A program made the position numbers and the translations under genes. Below the pieces are notes generated by a model that made no database searches, was not told the DNA's origin, and saw nothing but the letters and a program-made list of their open reading frames with translations. From the NCBI GenBank assembly GCA_963725485.1, contig CAVRYO010000008.1, forward strand, positions 328,802-392,801: 64,000 nt of DNA. The letters are read 5' to 3'. Positions 41,063-52,159 of the stretch are shown here, piece after piece (the stretch's first letter is position 1; each line of letters begins with the position of its first letter). The DNA comes from Pirellulales bacterium (GTDB lineage: Bacteria > Planctomycetota > Planctomycetia > Pirellulales > DATAWG01).

Positions 41063-42846
41063 TCAAGCCGTGTCCGCCGGTAGTTGCAGAGCGTGGCGGA
41101 GCATCGTGGCGATCCAGGCCAATTCACGATCGTCGCGGCCGGTGAGCAAGGCCACGGACTTGCCCTGCCGCGGGACGATCTGCAACTGCAGCAACCGCCG
41201 GTTGTTGACGCTTGTGCCGCTGTTGCCGGCGCGAATTGCGCCGAGTTCTTCCACACCCCATTCGTGACGCCGCGTGCCAAACAGCCCGAATTGCAGCACG
41301 AGCAAGCGGCCGTTGGCAAAGGCGATCTCCGCCCGGCGAATGCTCATGTGCAGCGCAACGCCGATCAATACCAGTCCGACGATCACGAAAATGCTCAGGA
41401 TCGCCAAGGGAAACAGTATCTCGGCGAGGCTTCCCGACTTGAAGAAGACAATGCCCACTAGCGCTGTCCAAATGAATGCGTTCCAAACGAGGGCCATGAA
41501 CCACCAACCACCTGGGCCCTTGCCCCAAGCCTGGCGGGGGACGCTGATCGAAAGCCCGTCGGGCCGCTGCTGGCACGCCACATCGCTATCGGCCGGTTGG
41601 GTTTCGATATCGGCCGTCAGCAAGTCGCTTGCCAGCCCCAGCGCTTTGGTCAGCTTCGTGGCGAGCCATTCGAGCTCCGGCATGTCGCGCGCGGAGAGGA
41701 CGCCGAAGGTCTTGCCGGCTCGGGGAACAAATTGCAATTGCATCACCGGCTTTTCGTTGATTTCCATCCCGCTGGGGCCGACTTGGACCACGCTCAATTC
41801 GCCGGGTTCCCACGACTGCTTTTTCTCGCCGAACAGACCCACCTGAACCACCAGGCAACGGCCATTGGCGACGGCGATGGCGGCGCGCCACCGCGCCATC
41901 TGCTGAGCTCCCAGCATCATTCCGATGCCGATGAGCCAGAACAGACCCACGAAGAGAGTGCCGAAAATCATGCCCGCGATCGATGGGGGCGGCTGCCCTT
42001 GCTTTGCGATTCCAAAGATGGCCACCGCGGTGAAGACCGCCATGAACGCGAGCCAGACGCAGGCGAATAGGAACAGCGCCTTCGCCCCGCCTTTCATTCC
42101 GCTCGGTGGAATCTCGAAGGTCACGCTGCCCGGCTGCTCGGTCATCACGATTCGGCTGCCTGGCGGCTGTTCGCATCGTTGGCGCCCGTCAAGGTCGTCG
42201 GCGACATCGATCGGTTTTGGCGTAACGGCTTGGCCTGTCGAAAATGCTGCCTCGGCCGATGGATCTTGCCCAGCGATCGCGGCCTGCCGAGCCAACTCAT
42301 GCGCAGGGGCAAGAGCCATTCGCGCGGATACCCGAGCGCGCCGAACATGGGTTTTTTCCGTTCCGTTTCGACGCGAATCGCGGCGAATCGCGACTCGGCC
42401 GCAATAGACGACCGTTGTTGCGCAGTGCTCTTACTATTGAGAGAGCTCACCTCTAACCGTCTGATTTCCGCCAATGGTCGTTGCCGTCTCCAGCGAAACG
42501 GCCCTATGTGTTCGACGGCGAAAAGTCGTGCGCGGCGGATTTCGATCGCGCTATGGCCGAACAGCATCGCCCCGCTTAGCACCAGCGGCATGACCACCGC
42601 GCTGAAGGCAATAAAGGCGCCGATCCCGCCGAAGATCAAAGCGACCGGCATCGGAGCCTGCCCGAGTGCGGCGAACCAGCCCCAAAGAAAACACACGCCG
42701 ATTAGCGCGAAGACCAGCGGCGCGACGGCCAACCAGCGATAGGCCCCCAGCGGCCGCCGCGGCAGAACGTAACGCACCTCGCCCGGCGAGAATTGCTCGA
42801 CGCGAATCTCCGTCGGCAGCGTGGTCGGCGCGGTCGACTGGTTCAT
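41063..42846 (-). pseudogene. Membrane protein of three tandem (TM hairpin + ~90-aa soluble) modules, YdbT/bPH_2-like architecture; frameshift near 42300
   Basis: The modules end ...GYPREWLLPL|AHELARQ, ...ARDMPELEWLATKLTKAL and ...GRDDRELAWIATMLRHAL. Each has two TM helices followed by RR..I....G.L.V...G.FG. The 233-aa and 418-aa ORFs join in the first module tail. Confidence 0.55.
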
Positions 42847-42898
42847 ACGCGAGAGCCGCTCTTGTTAAAAGGGAAAGTCGCCGCGTCAAGCAATCGCC

Positions 42899-44276
42899 TT
42901 ACTTCGCGTCCGCAGCGCGGGTGGCCATCAACCAGCGATCGCCAATCATGCGAATTTTCACGTGCTTCAGCGCGGCAAGCGTATCGCGATCGGCCACGAT
43001 GTCGATCCTTTGCACCGTGCATTGAACGTCGTCGATGTCGTAGTCGAGATCTTCTTCGGCCCGCGGCTCGTCGTCCGGCGAACGAAAGACGCGAACGAAG
43101 ACGGGAACTTTGGGCCCCAGATGTTGCATTTCCTTTTCGAGAGCGCTAAGGTCATTACCGAGCACCTTGGCAGAATGCTCGTCGATTTCGGCGAAGGGCT
43201 TGTCGACGATTTGCGGTTTTGCCTGACGGCGTCTTTGGAATGCGTCGGTCGCTTCCATTTGGGTGAACGAGAAATTCAACGTTTTGCCGGTGTCGGCCTT
43301 CAGCTTTTCCACGAGCAGTCGCTTGGTCGAGTGCAGGAAAGCGAAGTGATCCGCCATTTGCACAAAGGCGGTGTGAAATGGTGCATTGTATTTTTTAGCC
43401 CGCACCTCCATTTCATGCGCTTGCTGCGACAGCGCGGCAGAAAACTGCCCTTCGATATACCAGGTTGGAATTTTGAGGTCGGCGACGAAATTCTTGGGCG
43501 AGCGAAGATAAATCTGCTGGTTGTCCTGGAATTCAAACGGGGCGTAGTGCAGTTTTTGACTACCGTCGCGCGCTGCGGGCACGCCTGCCGACAAGTCGGG
43601 CACGCCGCCGAGCGAAATCACCATTCGCACCGGCGCCCCAAGTTCCGCGGCCAAGAGCACGAGCGTGCCGCCGATGTCGTAGCCAACGAGGTAGACGCGG
43701 TCCGTATCGACATACGAGAGTTTGCGGGCATAGTCGACGGCCGAAACGAGGTCGTCGGCCTCGCCGCCGCAGAGCTCGAATTTTCCTGGATTGTCGTTCT
43801 CGCCACGCCAACTTGGATAGAAGATGACGAAGCCCGCGCCGAAACGCTTCGGGACTTTGATCGTCGAAGGCTGTCTGGAATTCGAGATCGTGCGAATCGA
43901 TGCCACCAAAGCCGCCGTGCGCCCAAACAATGCAAGGATGTTTCTTGCCATCGCCCGGATCGCGAGTTTTGTAGGCGGCGAGCGGACCAACCTTCGACGG
44001 ATAGCTCACCCCTTCGTAAACCTTCCAGGTCGATGGTGGGAACTCGCCGCTTGGCTTGTGGTCGGTCGGTTGAACCTTAAGGGGAATCCGCTTGCGGGCG
44101 GCTTTCAATGTTTCCGGCGGCGGCTCTGGCTCGGCGTTCGCCACAGGCGGCAAGGGTTGCACCGCCGGCCGTGTGGCGGGAGGCTGCGCATCGCGACTGC
44201 AGCCAATTGCCAACGCGAACATTAGAAGGGAAAGTTGCCCGAAACGGTGCAGGCAAATCGATTGCTGAGATGACAT
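42899..44276 (-). pseudogene. Lipoprotein alpha/beta-hydrolase (S9/dienelactone-hydrolase-like) with an extra C-terminal domain, frameshift near 43832-43845
   Basis: Lipobox [11 protein letters not shown]; [13 protein letters not shown]...SPEAFR | [21 protein letters not shown]...[11 protein letters not shown] (nucleophile elbow reads G-Y-D-I-G). Confidence 0.6.
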
Positions 44277-44312
44277 AGAAGAGTCGGCGCGAATGTTCGT
44301 ATCCAATTCTGT

Positions 44313-45672
44313 TCAAGGCCTATCGCCAGGCGGTTTCGCTCGCACCGCCCTTATTCCATCGTCCGTGAGGTCGATCGCGACATACTTCAAATTCTCCAGC
44401 GTCCGACGATCCATGACGACCCGAACACCGGATGCCAGGCATTCGACGTCATCGATGTCGTACGCTGCATCGGGCTCAGCTCGAGCGTTGCCTTCTGCCG
44501 TTTGATACACCCGCACAAACAAACGCACCGCTGGGAATTTAGCGATCAACTCGGAAATCCCGCGGGCCGCTTCGGGATCAAACGTTGCGAATGGTTTGCC
44601 GACAATTTGCGGTTTTGCCTCGGTGCGTTTGACGAACGCGTCGTTCAACTCGGCCGCGGTCAGCGAGAATTGTAATTGCGGTCCTGTGTCGGCCAGCAAC
44701 TTGTCGGCGATCAATCGTTTCGTCGACCGCAGCGCGGTGAAATGATCGGCGAACGGAATGAACAACACCTGCAGCGGAACTTTGTTCTGCGCGCCTGTCT
44801 TCTCCAACACACGCGCCGATTCCACATTAGGGTAGACCAGTTGCCCCTCGATATACCACGTGGGAACGCTTATATCCGCGCCATAATTCGCGGCCGAGCG
44901 AATCGCCAATTCTTGAGGATTGTGCCAGTCGAAGGGAACATGCTTGTAGTGATAAAAGCCGCCTTGTCGCCGTTGGACATCACCGGAAATGTCGCCGGTT
45001 CCGCCCAGCGAAATTACCAGACGAACCGGAGCGCCCATTTCGGCGGCGAACAGTACCAGGGTTCCGCCCGAACTATGTCCCATCAGATAAACCCGCGATG
45101 GATCGACGTAGGGAAGTTTGCGGGCGTAGTCGATCGCCGACAATAAATCGTCGACTTCGCCGCAGAAAAGCTCGAACTTGCCCGGATTGTCGTTTTCTCC
45201 GCGGAAGGTCGGAATCATGACGACAAAACCAGCTTCGCGAAAATTGTCGGGACTTTGGTCGTTTCCGGCCGACTGATGCAAAATGTCGGGAGGGTCAAGA
45301 CCACCAAACCCGCCATGGGCCCAGACGACGATCGGATGTCTTTTTCCATCCCCCGGATCGCGCGTCAAATACGCCGCCAAGCAAGCCGACCTTGGACGGA
45401 TACTTCACCGCGGCGTACGCTTTTATCGGCGGTGGCAAGAGTGGCCCGCTCGGCCGATAGTCGGTCGGTTGATGGACCGTTGAAAACTTTTCGCGAGCAG
45501 CCTTCAACGGTTCGCGTCGCGCGGCAGGCCGAACATCGAGCGCCGCGGGTCGATTCGTGGGCACGACCGGCGCGGGAACAGCGGGGGGAGTCGACGGCGA
45601 ATGTTCGCAACCAATTGTCAGAGCAATCGCAATGAAACGACCAAGGAACGCAAACTGATTCCTACTCATCAT
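44313..45672 (-). pseudogene. Paralogous lipoprotein alpha/beta-hydrolase (GHSSGG nucleophile elbow), frameshift near 45378
   Basis: MMSRNQFAFLGRFIAIALTIGCE lipobox; YPSKVGLL | [26 protein letters not shown]...VYLMGHSSGGT. Collinear with 42899..44276. Confidence 0.65.
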
Positions 45673-45761
45673 CGGTCACATCGATCGCCAGGTGCCAGGT
45701 AGACGCCACAGCTTAGATCGGCGCAAGAAGTTGCTCGAGCCGCGATCGCGGCTGCCAACGC

Positions 45762-47174
45762 TTAGATATCGTAGTACAAACAGAATTCATACGGGTGCGG
45801 CCTGAGCCGGACGGCGTCGGCTTCTTTTTCGCGCTTGTAGGTAACCCAGGTTTCGATCACGTCTTTCGTGAAGACGTTGCCGCGCAGTAGATATTCGTGG
45901 TCGCGCTGCAAGGAGTTCAGCACTTCGTCCAGCGAGCCGGGGGTTTGCGGAATCTCGGCCCGTTCCTCCGGCTCCAGGTCGTACAGGTCCTTGTCGAGCG
46001 GCTCGCCGGGATTGATCTTGTTCTGGATGCCGTCGATTGCCGCCATCAGGATCGCCGAAAAACCGAGATACGGGTTGCAGCTCGGGTCGGGGCAGCGGAA
46101 CTCGACACGCTTCGCCTTGGGGCTCGGGCTATACATCGGGATGCGGCAGCAGGCCGAGCGGTTGCGCTGGGAATAGGCCAGGTTCACCGGCGCTTCGTAG
46201 CCGGGCACCAGCCGCTTGTAGCTGTTCGTCGTCGGGTTGGTGAAGGCCAGGATCGAGGGGGCGTGCTTGAGCACGCCGCCGATCGCGTGCAGCGCCATTT
46301 CGCTCAGGCCCGCGTAAGCTCCGCCGGCGAACAGCGGCGTGCCCGCTTTCCAGAGCGAAAAATGCGTGTGCATGCCCGAGCCGTTGTCGCCGAACAGCGG
46401 CTTCGGCATGAATGTGACCGTGCGGTTGTGCCGCTTGGCGACGTTCTTCAGCACGTACTTGTAGATCAGCACGCAGTCGGCCATCCGGACTAGCGGCTGG
46501 AACTTCATGTCGATCTCGCACTGGCCGCCGGTGGCGACTTCGTGGTGCTGGGCTTCGACGTCGACGCCCGAGTCGATCAGCGTTTGCATCATCTCATTGC
46601 GGATGTCCATCAACTGGTCGGCCGGCGGCACCGGAAAGTAGCCTTCCTTGTAGCGCAGCTTCGAGCCCAGGTTCGGCTCCTCTTTCCGGCCGCGGTTCCA
46701 TTCGCCCTCGACGCTGTCGACGTGATAGTACGCCTCATGCTGGTTCTGATCGTAGCGCACGTCGTCGAAGACGAAGAACTCGAGTTCCGGACCCATATAG
46801 GCCGTGTCGGCGATGCCGGTGCTCTTGAGATAATTCACCGACTTGCGGGCGATGTTCCGCGGATCGCGCGAGTAGTCTTCGCGGGTGATCGGATCTTGAA
46901 TGTTGCAGATCATCACCAGCGTCGGCATCGCGGTGAAGGGATCGAGGAAGGCCGTTTCCGGCTCGGGAACCACGAGCATGTCGCTTTCGTTGATCGCTTG
47001 CCAGCCGCGAATGCTGGAGCCGTCGAAGCCGAGTCCGTTTTCGAAGACATCCTCTTCCAGCTTGTTCACGGGAATAGTGAAATGTTGCCAGATGCCGGGA
47101 AAATCCATGAACCGCAGGTCGATGGCCTTCACATCCTTCTCACGGCACAGCGCCAACACTTCTTTGGGCTTCAT
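45762..47174 (-). CDS. glnA: Glutamine synthetase type I
   Basis: 470 aa, uninterrupted. [21 protein letters not shown]-type segment ([16 protein letters not shown]), [13 protein letters not shown]. Confidence 0.9.
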   Translation of the reverse strand: MKPKEVLALCREKDVKAIDLRFMDFPGIWQHFTIPVNKLEEDVFENGLGFDGSSIRGWQAINESDMLVVPEPETAFLDPFTAMPTLVMICNIQDPITREDYSRDPRNIARKSVNYLKSTGIADTAYMGPELEFFVFDDVRYDQNQHEAYYHVDSVEGEWNRGRKEEPNLGSKLRYKEGYFPVPPADQLMDIRNEMMQTLIDSGVDVEAQHHEVATGGQCEIDMKFQPLVRMADCVLIYKYVLKNVAKRHNRTVTFMPKPLFGDNGSGMHTHFSLWKAGTPLFAGGAYAGLSEMALHAIGGVLKHAPSILAFTNPTTNSYKRLVPGYEAPVNLAYSQRNRSACCRIPMYSPSPKAKRVEFRCPDPSCNPYLGFSAILMAAIDGIQNKINPGEPLDKDLYDLEPEERAEIPQTPGSLDEVLNSLQRDHEYLLRGNVFTKDVIETWVTYKREKEADAVRLRPHPYEFCLYYDI

Positions 47175-47409
47175 GGCGGCTTCCCTTTCGATAGATTGGA
47201 CGTTTTGCGATTAGAAACGGAGCGTTTCCGGATGACCTCACGACGGCGTACAAGTTCTCCCGTTGGCCTTTCCGGCGGAAGGTCCCCGATGAGCGGTTCC
47301 AGCGCCAATCGGGACTCGTCATCCTCACCTGTCTCTCCCGTCGAGGGAACGCGGATCGACGTGTCGCTTGCGACGGCACTCACTTCAACGGGCTGCTTAA
47401 CAGGCGGCC

Positions 47410-49681
47410 CTAGCGCATCTTCTTGACGATCATGAGCACCGACGGACTGACGATTGGATCGACTTTGTCCCAACCGTCGAGCTTGGGAGGGTCTTTAGCC
47501 GGGGGCCCCTTGTAGCCGGGTAAATGGGCTTTGAGGTAGGCGATGGCCACCTCGGCGGGAATCGCCATGCCGTAGCTGTCGTTGCCTCCCTGCGAGTTGC
47601 TCTTTGCCGACACGATGCCAACAACCTGCCCGCCCATGTTGCAAAGTGGCCCACCACTGTTGCCGTGGTTGACTTCGACTTGGAGCAGATACATGTTCTC
47701 GGTACCTTTGCTGGGCAAAGCGCTGATAGCCCCCTTGGTGAACTTGACCTCGCCGCCCAGAATATCTCCCAAAGGATAGCCGAAGGCGCCGACCTCGGCG
47801 CCGCGGCCGAGAGGACTGGCGGAGATTTTAAGCGGCTTAAGCGTTCCAGCGGCGCCCGTGGTGTCGTCCAGTTGGATCAGAGCGATATCCTGGCTTTCAT
47901 CGGCCGCGATAACTTTAGCGGGAACTTCTTTCTGACCAGAAACTCGAACCCAGAGTTTGCCTGGCCCCGCGACGACGTGGTTGTTGGTGAGGATGTAACC
48001 CCCTTCGGCGCAGACGAAGCCGGAGCCGGAAGAGACCGGGCTGCCGATCATTTCGACGAGATGTTCCAAGTAGGCGCGGAACTCGCGATCGTTCGGTTTG
48101 CAATCGAGCGCTTCTTGAACGAGCGTGGCCGCCTCTTCGTCGTCACCGCCACGACCGAACATGGCCGCGAACCGGTAGATGCAACTTGGCGGCGGCGTCG
48201 GGATCTTTGAATTTGTGGTCTTTCTTCCAGTCTTCGAGAAAGCCGAGCACCGGTTTCAACTCCGCCGGCTTCGTGTGATCGACCATCCCCAGGCGGATAT
48301 TCAACTCTTTCAAGAAGAACTTTTCCGAGGTGCCGTCCTTGTTGTTCGGGTCGACTTTGTCGGCCAGATTCGACCAATCGTGAATTTTGGAGAGATAATA
48401 AGGGATCAGGTTCTTTTCACCCAGCCAATCGAGCGCTTTGCCGGCGGCGGATAGCGAGTCGGCCGTGGGGCCTTGTTCGCTGGCGGCGAAGAGATCGTCA
48501 CGCTTCTTTCGATCGCCAAGATAGCTTTTCACCATGTTCATATACGACTCGGAATTCAAGTCGATATATTCGCGCCGTGCGTACGGGAGGCCATCGGCGT
48601 CGGTCAGCACCAAGGTGGGATAGCTCGTCACATGATACTTGGCCACCAGGTTCGCCATGCCGGAACCGTCGGGCGCGACCTTGCCGACCGCCTCTTCGAG
48701 GACCAGTTCGAAATGTTGATCGGCGATCTTCGCGAAGTCCTTGGTGGTCAACAAGCGTTGGGCCACACTCAGGCACCAATCGCGGCGGTCGGCGCTGAAA
48801 AATGCAATCAGGATGTCTTTCTTGTCGTGCTCGGCGGCCTTTTGCGCCTTGTCGAAATCGGTTTCCCATAGCTTGAAGACCGGATAGCTTTCGAGCACCG
48901 GTTTGTCGGCGCCCGAGTTCGTGCTCGACGTGGCGGCCACCTGCCCGGAGACGGAATCGTTCTGCTCGCCGGGCAGGGCCGGCTTCCACTCGGGCTTGTA
49001 GTGTTTTTGCTCGCCGTTTTTTTGCGGCGCGAAGGTCAGGTCGATGCGGGCAAAGCCGAGGCGGCGCAGCACGACTTTGTGCTGGCCGGGGGGCAGTTCA
49101 TATTCGAGCGCCCCTTTTTCGTTGACCCGATAGGTCGTGCCGTCGATTTCGACAATCGCCCCGGCACGGTCGGCAGCGGGCCAATCGAACACGAGCTTGG
49201 GAAGGCCGGCGGGCTGATCGGCGTCGGCAACCGCTTTCGTGCCGCTATCGAATGCGCCGCTGGCCCAGCAAATGACGCCAATGATCAGGCACGCCGCGAC
49301 GCAACCGCCGGTGATCAACAACGGCAAGTTGACGTTTTTCTTCTTCGGCGCAGACTTGCGAATGGCGCTGGCCCGTGGCGACGGCGCGTGGGAAGCAACC
49401 GCCGAGGAAGCGATACCAGCATCGGACAGCCAGTCGGGGACGTCCGGTGCTTCGGACGCCGCTTGGCCGATCGCCGCGCTAAGGGGATCGTCGGCCAGCT
49501 CGGCGCTAAGCTCAGGAGTCGTCGCGCTCGGTGGTGGCGCGGCTGCCGGCCGCGGGGCGGCGTCCGGCTTCGGGACAATCGTTTCGTTCTGGCACTTCGG
49601 ACACCGAATCCGCCGCAGGCTGAGGGCAGAATCGGCCCGCAACCGCGAGCCGCACGTTGGACAAGCCCATTGCAATTGCAT
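47410..49681 (-). pseudogene. Zn-ribbon / TM / thioredoxin-like / trypsin-like (S1) serine protease fusion protein, frameshift near 48178-48195
   Basis: CPTCGSRLR...CPKCQ; TM LLITGGCVAACLIIGVICW; thioredoxin-fold-like KKDILIAFFSADRRDWC...YPTLVLTDADG | ...GSGFVCAEGGYILTNNHVV...DIALIQL...GNSGGPL. Confidence 0.6.
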
Positions 49682-49987
49682 GGCGACTCCTCGCTCTCAC
49701 ACCCGTTTGGAACTGCCGCTGGCTAGTGAGCCACAACCTCACATTATCGCCATCGGCGGGGGTGGAGCAAGCCTCCGGATGTCGCAAAGAACCGTAGAGC
49801 GGGCACCGCCCACCAGGCGGAAGTCGAGCCAACCCGGCCGGCCGCGGAGAAATGGTGGGCGATGCCCAGCCTACCGCGCGCCGCTGCTTGACAGTCCTCG
49901 GTCGATCGGTTCCATTTCCGGGCGAAGCGCCTGCCCGGTCAGGATAGATGAATTCGGGCACATTTCCGGCGACTGAGGTAGAGCGGC

Positions 49988-50570
49988 ATGCCATTGACCA
50001 ACGTAATCTTCGACGAAAACGCCTGGCAGCAAGCTTCGGCCCGGGTGCTGGTCTATTTGCCGCGGCTGGGGGCGGCAATCGTCCTGCTGCTGGTGTTCTG
50101 GTTGACCGGATCGATCGTCCGGCGGTTCATATGCCGCTTGGGACAGCGGCGGAAGGTGCAGTCCGATGCGATCAACGTGCTGGCCCGCACCTGTGCGCTG
50201 ACCTTGCAAGCGATTGGCCTGATTACGGCTTTGGGAACGTTGGGGGTCGACGTGACGGCGCTCGTCGCCGGGCTGGGCCTGACCGGATTCGCCCTGGGCT
50301 TTCGCTCTGAAAGACATCATTTCGAACCTGTTGGCCGGAATGCTCATTCTGGCCCAAAAGCCGTTCCAGCGGGACGATCGCATTTCCGTCCAGGGATTCA
50401 CGCCACCACTGGAGGGCGTGGTTTCGCACGTCGACCTGCGCTATACGACTTTAGAAATGCCGGACCGCAAGATTCTGATCCCCAATTCCAATTTATTCAC
50501 CAACCCGATCATGGTATTTCACCCGGTAGCGAATGAGCCCGCCGTGGTGGGCAAGCCAGCGGGAAGTTGA
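49988..50570 (+). pseudogene. Small MscS-family mechanosensitive channel, frameshift at the T-run near 50299-50301
   Basis: GLGLTGFALG | FALKDIISNLLAGMLILAQKPFQRDDRISVQG...GVVSHVDLRYTTLEMPDRKILIPNSNLF. Confidence 0.7.
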
Positions 50571-50729
50571 GTTGGGGAGTGACGAACGGTGCGATGCCTT
50601 TTCGAGTGATTCGCGCGTGACCATGAGGTTGATTTGCGCACCGCACCTTCGGTGCGGCATGACCGACGCGCCGCGATGTATGGTTCACCAATTTTCAAAA
50701 CCCAAAATCTCAAAACGCCAACGCGACCG

Positions 50730-51686
50730 ATGATCCGCCGCATCGTTTCATTGCTTTCCAGCGCGACCGAAATGCTATTTGCGCTGGGCTTGGGAGATCG
50801 GGTCGTCGCGGTGAGTCACGAGTGCGATTGGCCGCAGCGAGCGTCACAAGATTACCCCGGGCGACTTTTTCTCGAATCGACCCGACGAACACGAGCGGCG
50901 GCATCGATGCGCAAGTGCGCGAGCTAATCGGCGGCCGGATGCGCCGCTTTATGGTCTCGACATCGCGTCTAATCGGCCAGTTCGAACCCGAGTCTGATTG
51001 TCACACAAAAGCAATGCGACGTTTGTGCCGTGCTGATATGCCGACGTAGTTGCCGCGGTCGCAATCCGACCCGCGATTAAAGCAAGACCGAAATACTTGC
51101 GCTGAAGCCAGCCGGGCATGCCACGAGGTGTTCGACGATATCGAGCCGAGTGGGCGAAGCAGCCACGGGCTGCGTAGGAGCAGCAAAACGATGCGTTGCG
51201 GAACTCGGAAGCACTGACTCGGGACGATTCGCGACCGGACCGCGAGGTCTGAATGCGGAACAACGCCCGCGCGTGGCTTGCGTCGAATGGACGGAGCCCT
51301 TGATGCTGGCGGCGAATTGGGTGCCGGAGCTGATCGAGATCGCCGGCGGAAAAAATGGGCTATCGATCGGCGGGCAGCATAGTGTGTATCACGACTGGGC
51401 TGAGGTTTGGGTTTATGATCCGGAGGTGATCGTAATCAGCCCTTGCGGATTCGATCTGCGGCGGTCACGTTTCGAATCGCGATATTTGCCCGAGTTGCCC
51501 GGCTGGAACGACTGCTCGGCGGTTCGCGCCGGACGCGTGTTCATCGTCGATGGCAATGCGTATCTCAACCGCTCCGGCCCACGGCTCGTCGAGACCACGG
51601 AGATTTTGGCGCATTTATTCCATCCGCGCTTATTCCCGCCGCCAACGGGGCCAGGAATCGGAGCGGATGCGTGGCAGGAATTTTGA
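50730..51686 (+). pseudogene. Periplasmic-binding-protein (Fe3+-siderophore/cobalamin type, PF01497-like) gene with six or more frameshifts
   Basis: The pieces [35 protein letters not shown] / [18 protein letters not shown] / PLYGLDIA / LIGQFEP / LIVTQKQCDVCAV / YADVVAAV / EVFDDIE / VGEAATG...RPRVACVEWTEPLMLAANWVPELIEIAGG...VFIVDGNAYLNRSGPRLVE sit in alternating frames. Confidence 0.55.
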
Positions 51687-51704
51687 GCGCGGCCTCTAGG
51701 GGCA

Positions 51705-52067
51705 TCAACTTTTCAGCTTCACCGGCAACTCGTCGATTTTCGCCGCCAAGATAAAATCGTTTTCCGAGAGGCCGCCGATGGCGTGGGTCCAGATTTCGAT
51801 CCAGACTTTGCGATACCCTTCCAGGTGCAGGTCGGGATGATGCTGCTCCGCTTCGGCCACCCTGGCGACGGCGGTAAAGAAGTCGATGCCCGCCATGAAA
51901 TTCTTGACGGTCCAATCCTTGCGAATTCGCTCCGAATTGTTGGTGAGCCGCCAGCCGTCGAGCTTCTTGAGTTGCGCGGCCGCTTCGTTCGCCGCATATT
52001 TTGGCACGCCCCCTTCGCAGGGGACACATTTCTTGGCCGTCAATTCTTCGTGAGTTAGCGTTTCCAT
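51705..52067 (-). CDS. Pterin-4-alpha-carbinolamine dehydratase (PCD/DCoH)
   Basis: 120 aa. ...LDGWRL...F..A..F...VA..AE.HHPDL......V.I.L.TH..GGLS..D pattern (AEAEQHHPDLHLEGYRKVWIEIWTHAIGGLSENDF). Confidence 0.8.
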   Translation of the reverse strand: METLTHEELTAKKCVPCEGGVPKYAANEAAAQLKKLDGWRLTNNSERIRKDWTVKNFMAGIDFFTAVARVAEAEQHHPDLHLEGYRKVWIEIWTHAIGGLSENDFILAAKIDELPVKLKS

Positions 52068-52159
52068 GAGCGAAACTCCTGCGGGCCGCGGATTCGTCTC
52101 AATTTCACTCTAGCGATTGTATTTTTGCAGGGCAGAAAGACATCCGTTCCATTGGTTCT

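Noticed and set aside
47175-47409. Glutamine riboswitch (glnA RNA motif) in the glnA leader
   Set aside because: I could not find the conserved GGAAGUAGG / GAAGGAACG-type core. Only generic hairpins are present. It is kept as a low-interest leader observation.
49888-49916. TTGACA-N17-TCCATT as a promoter for the MscS gene
   Set aside because: The -10 matches only 3 of 6 positions, and sigma-70 consensus rules are uncertain for this lineage.
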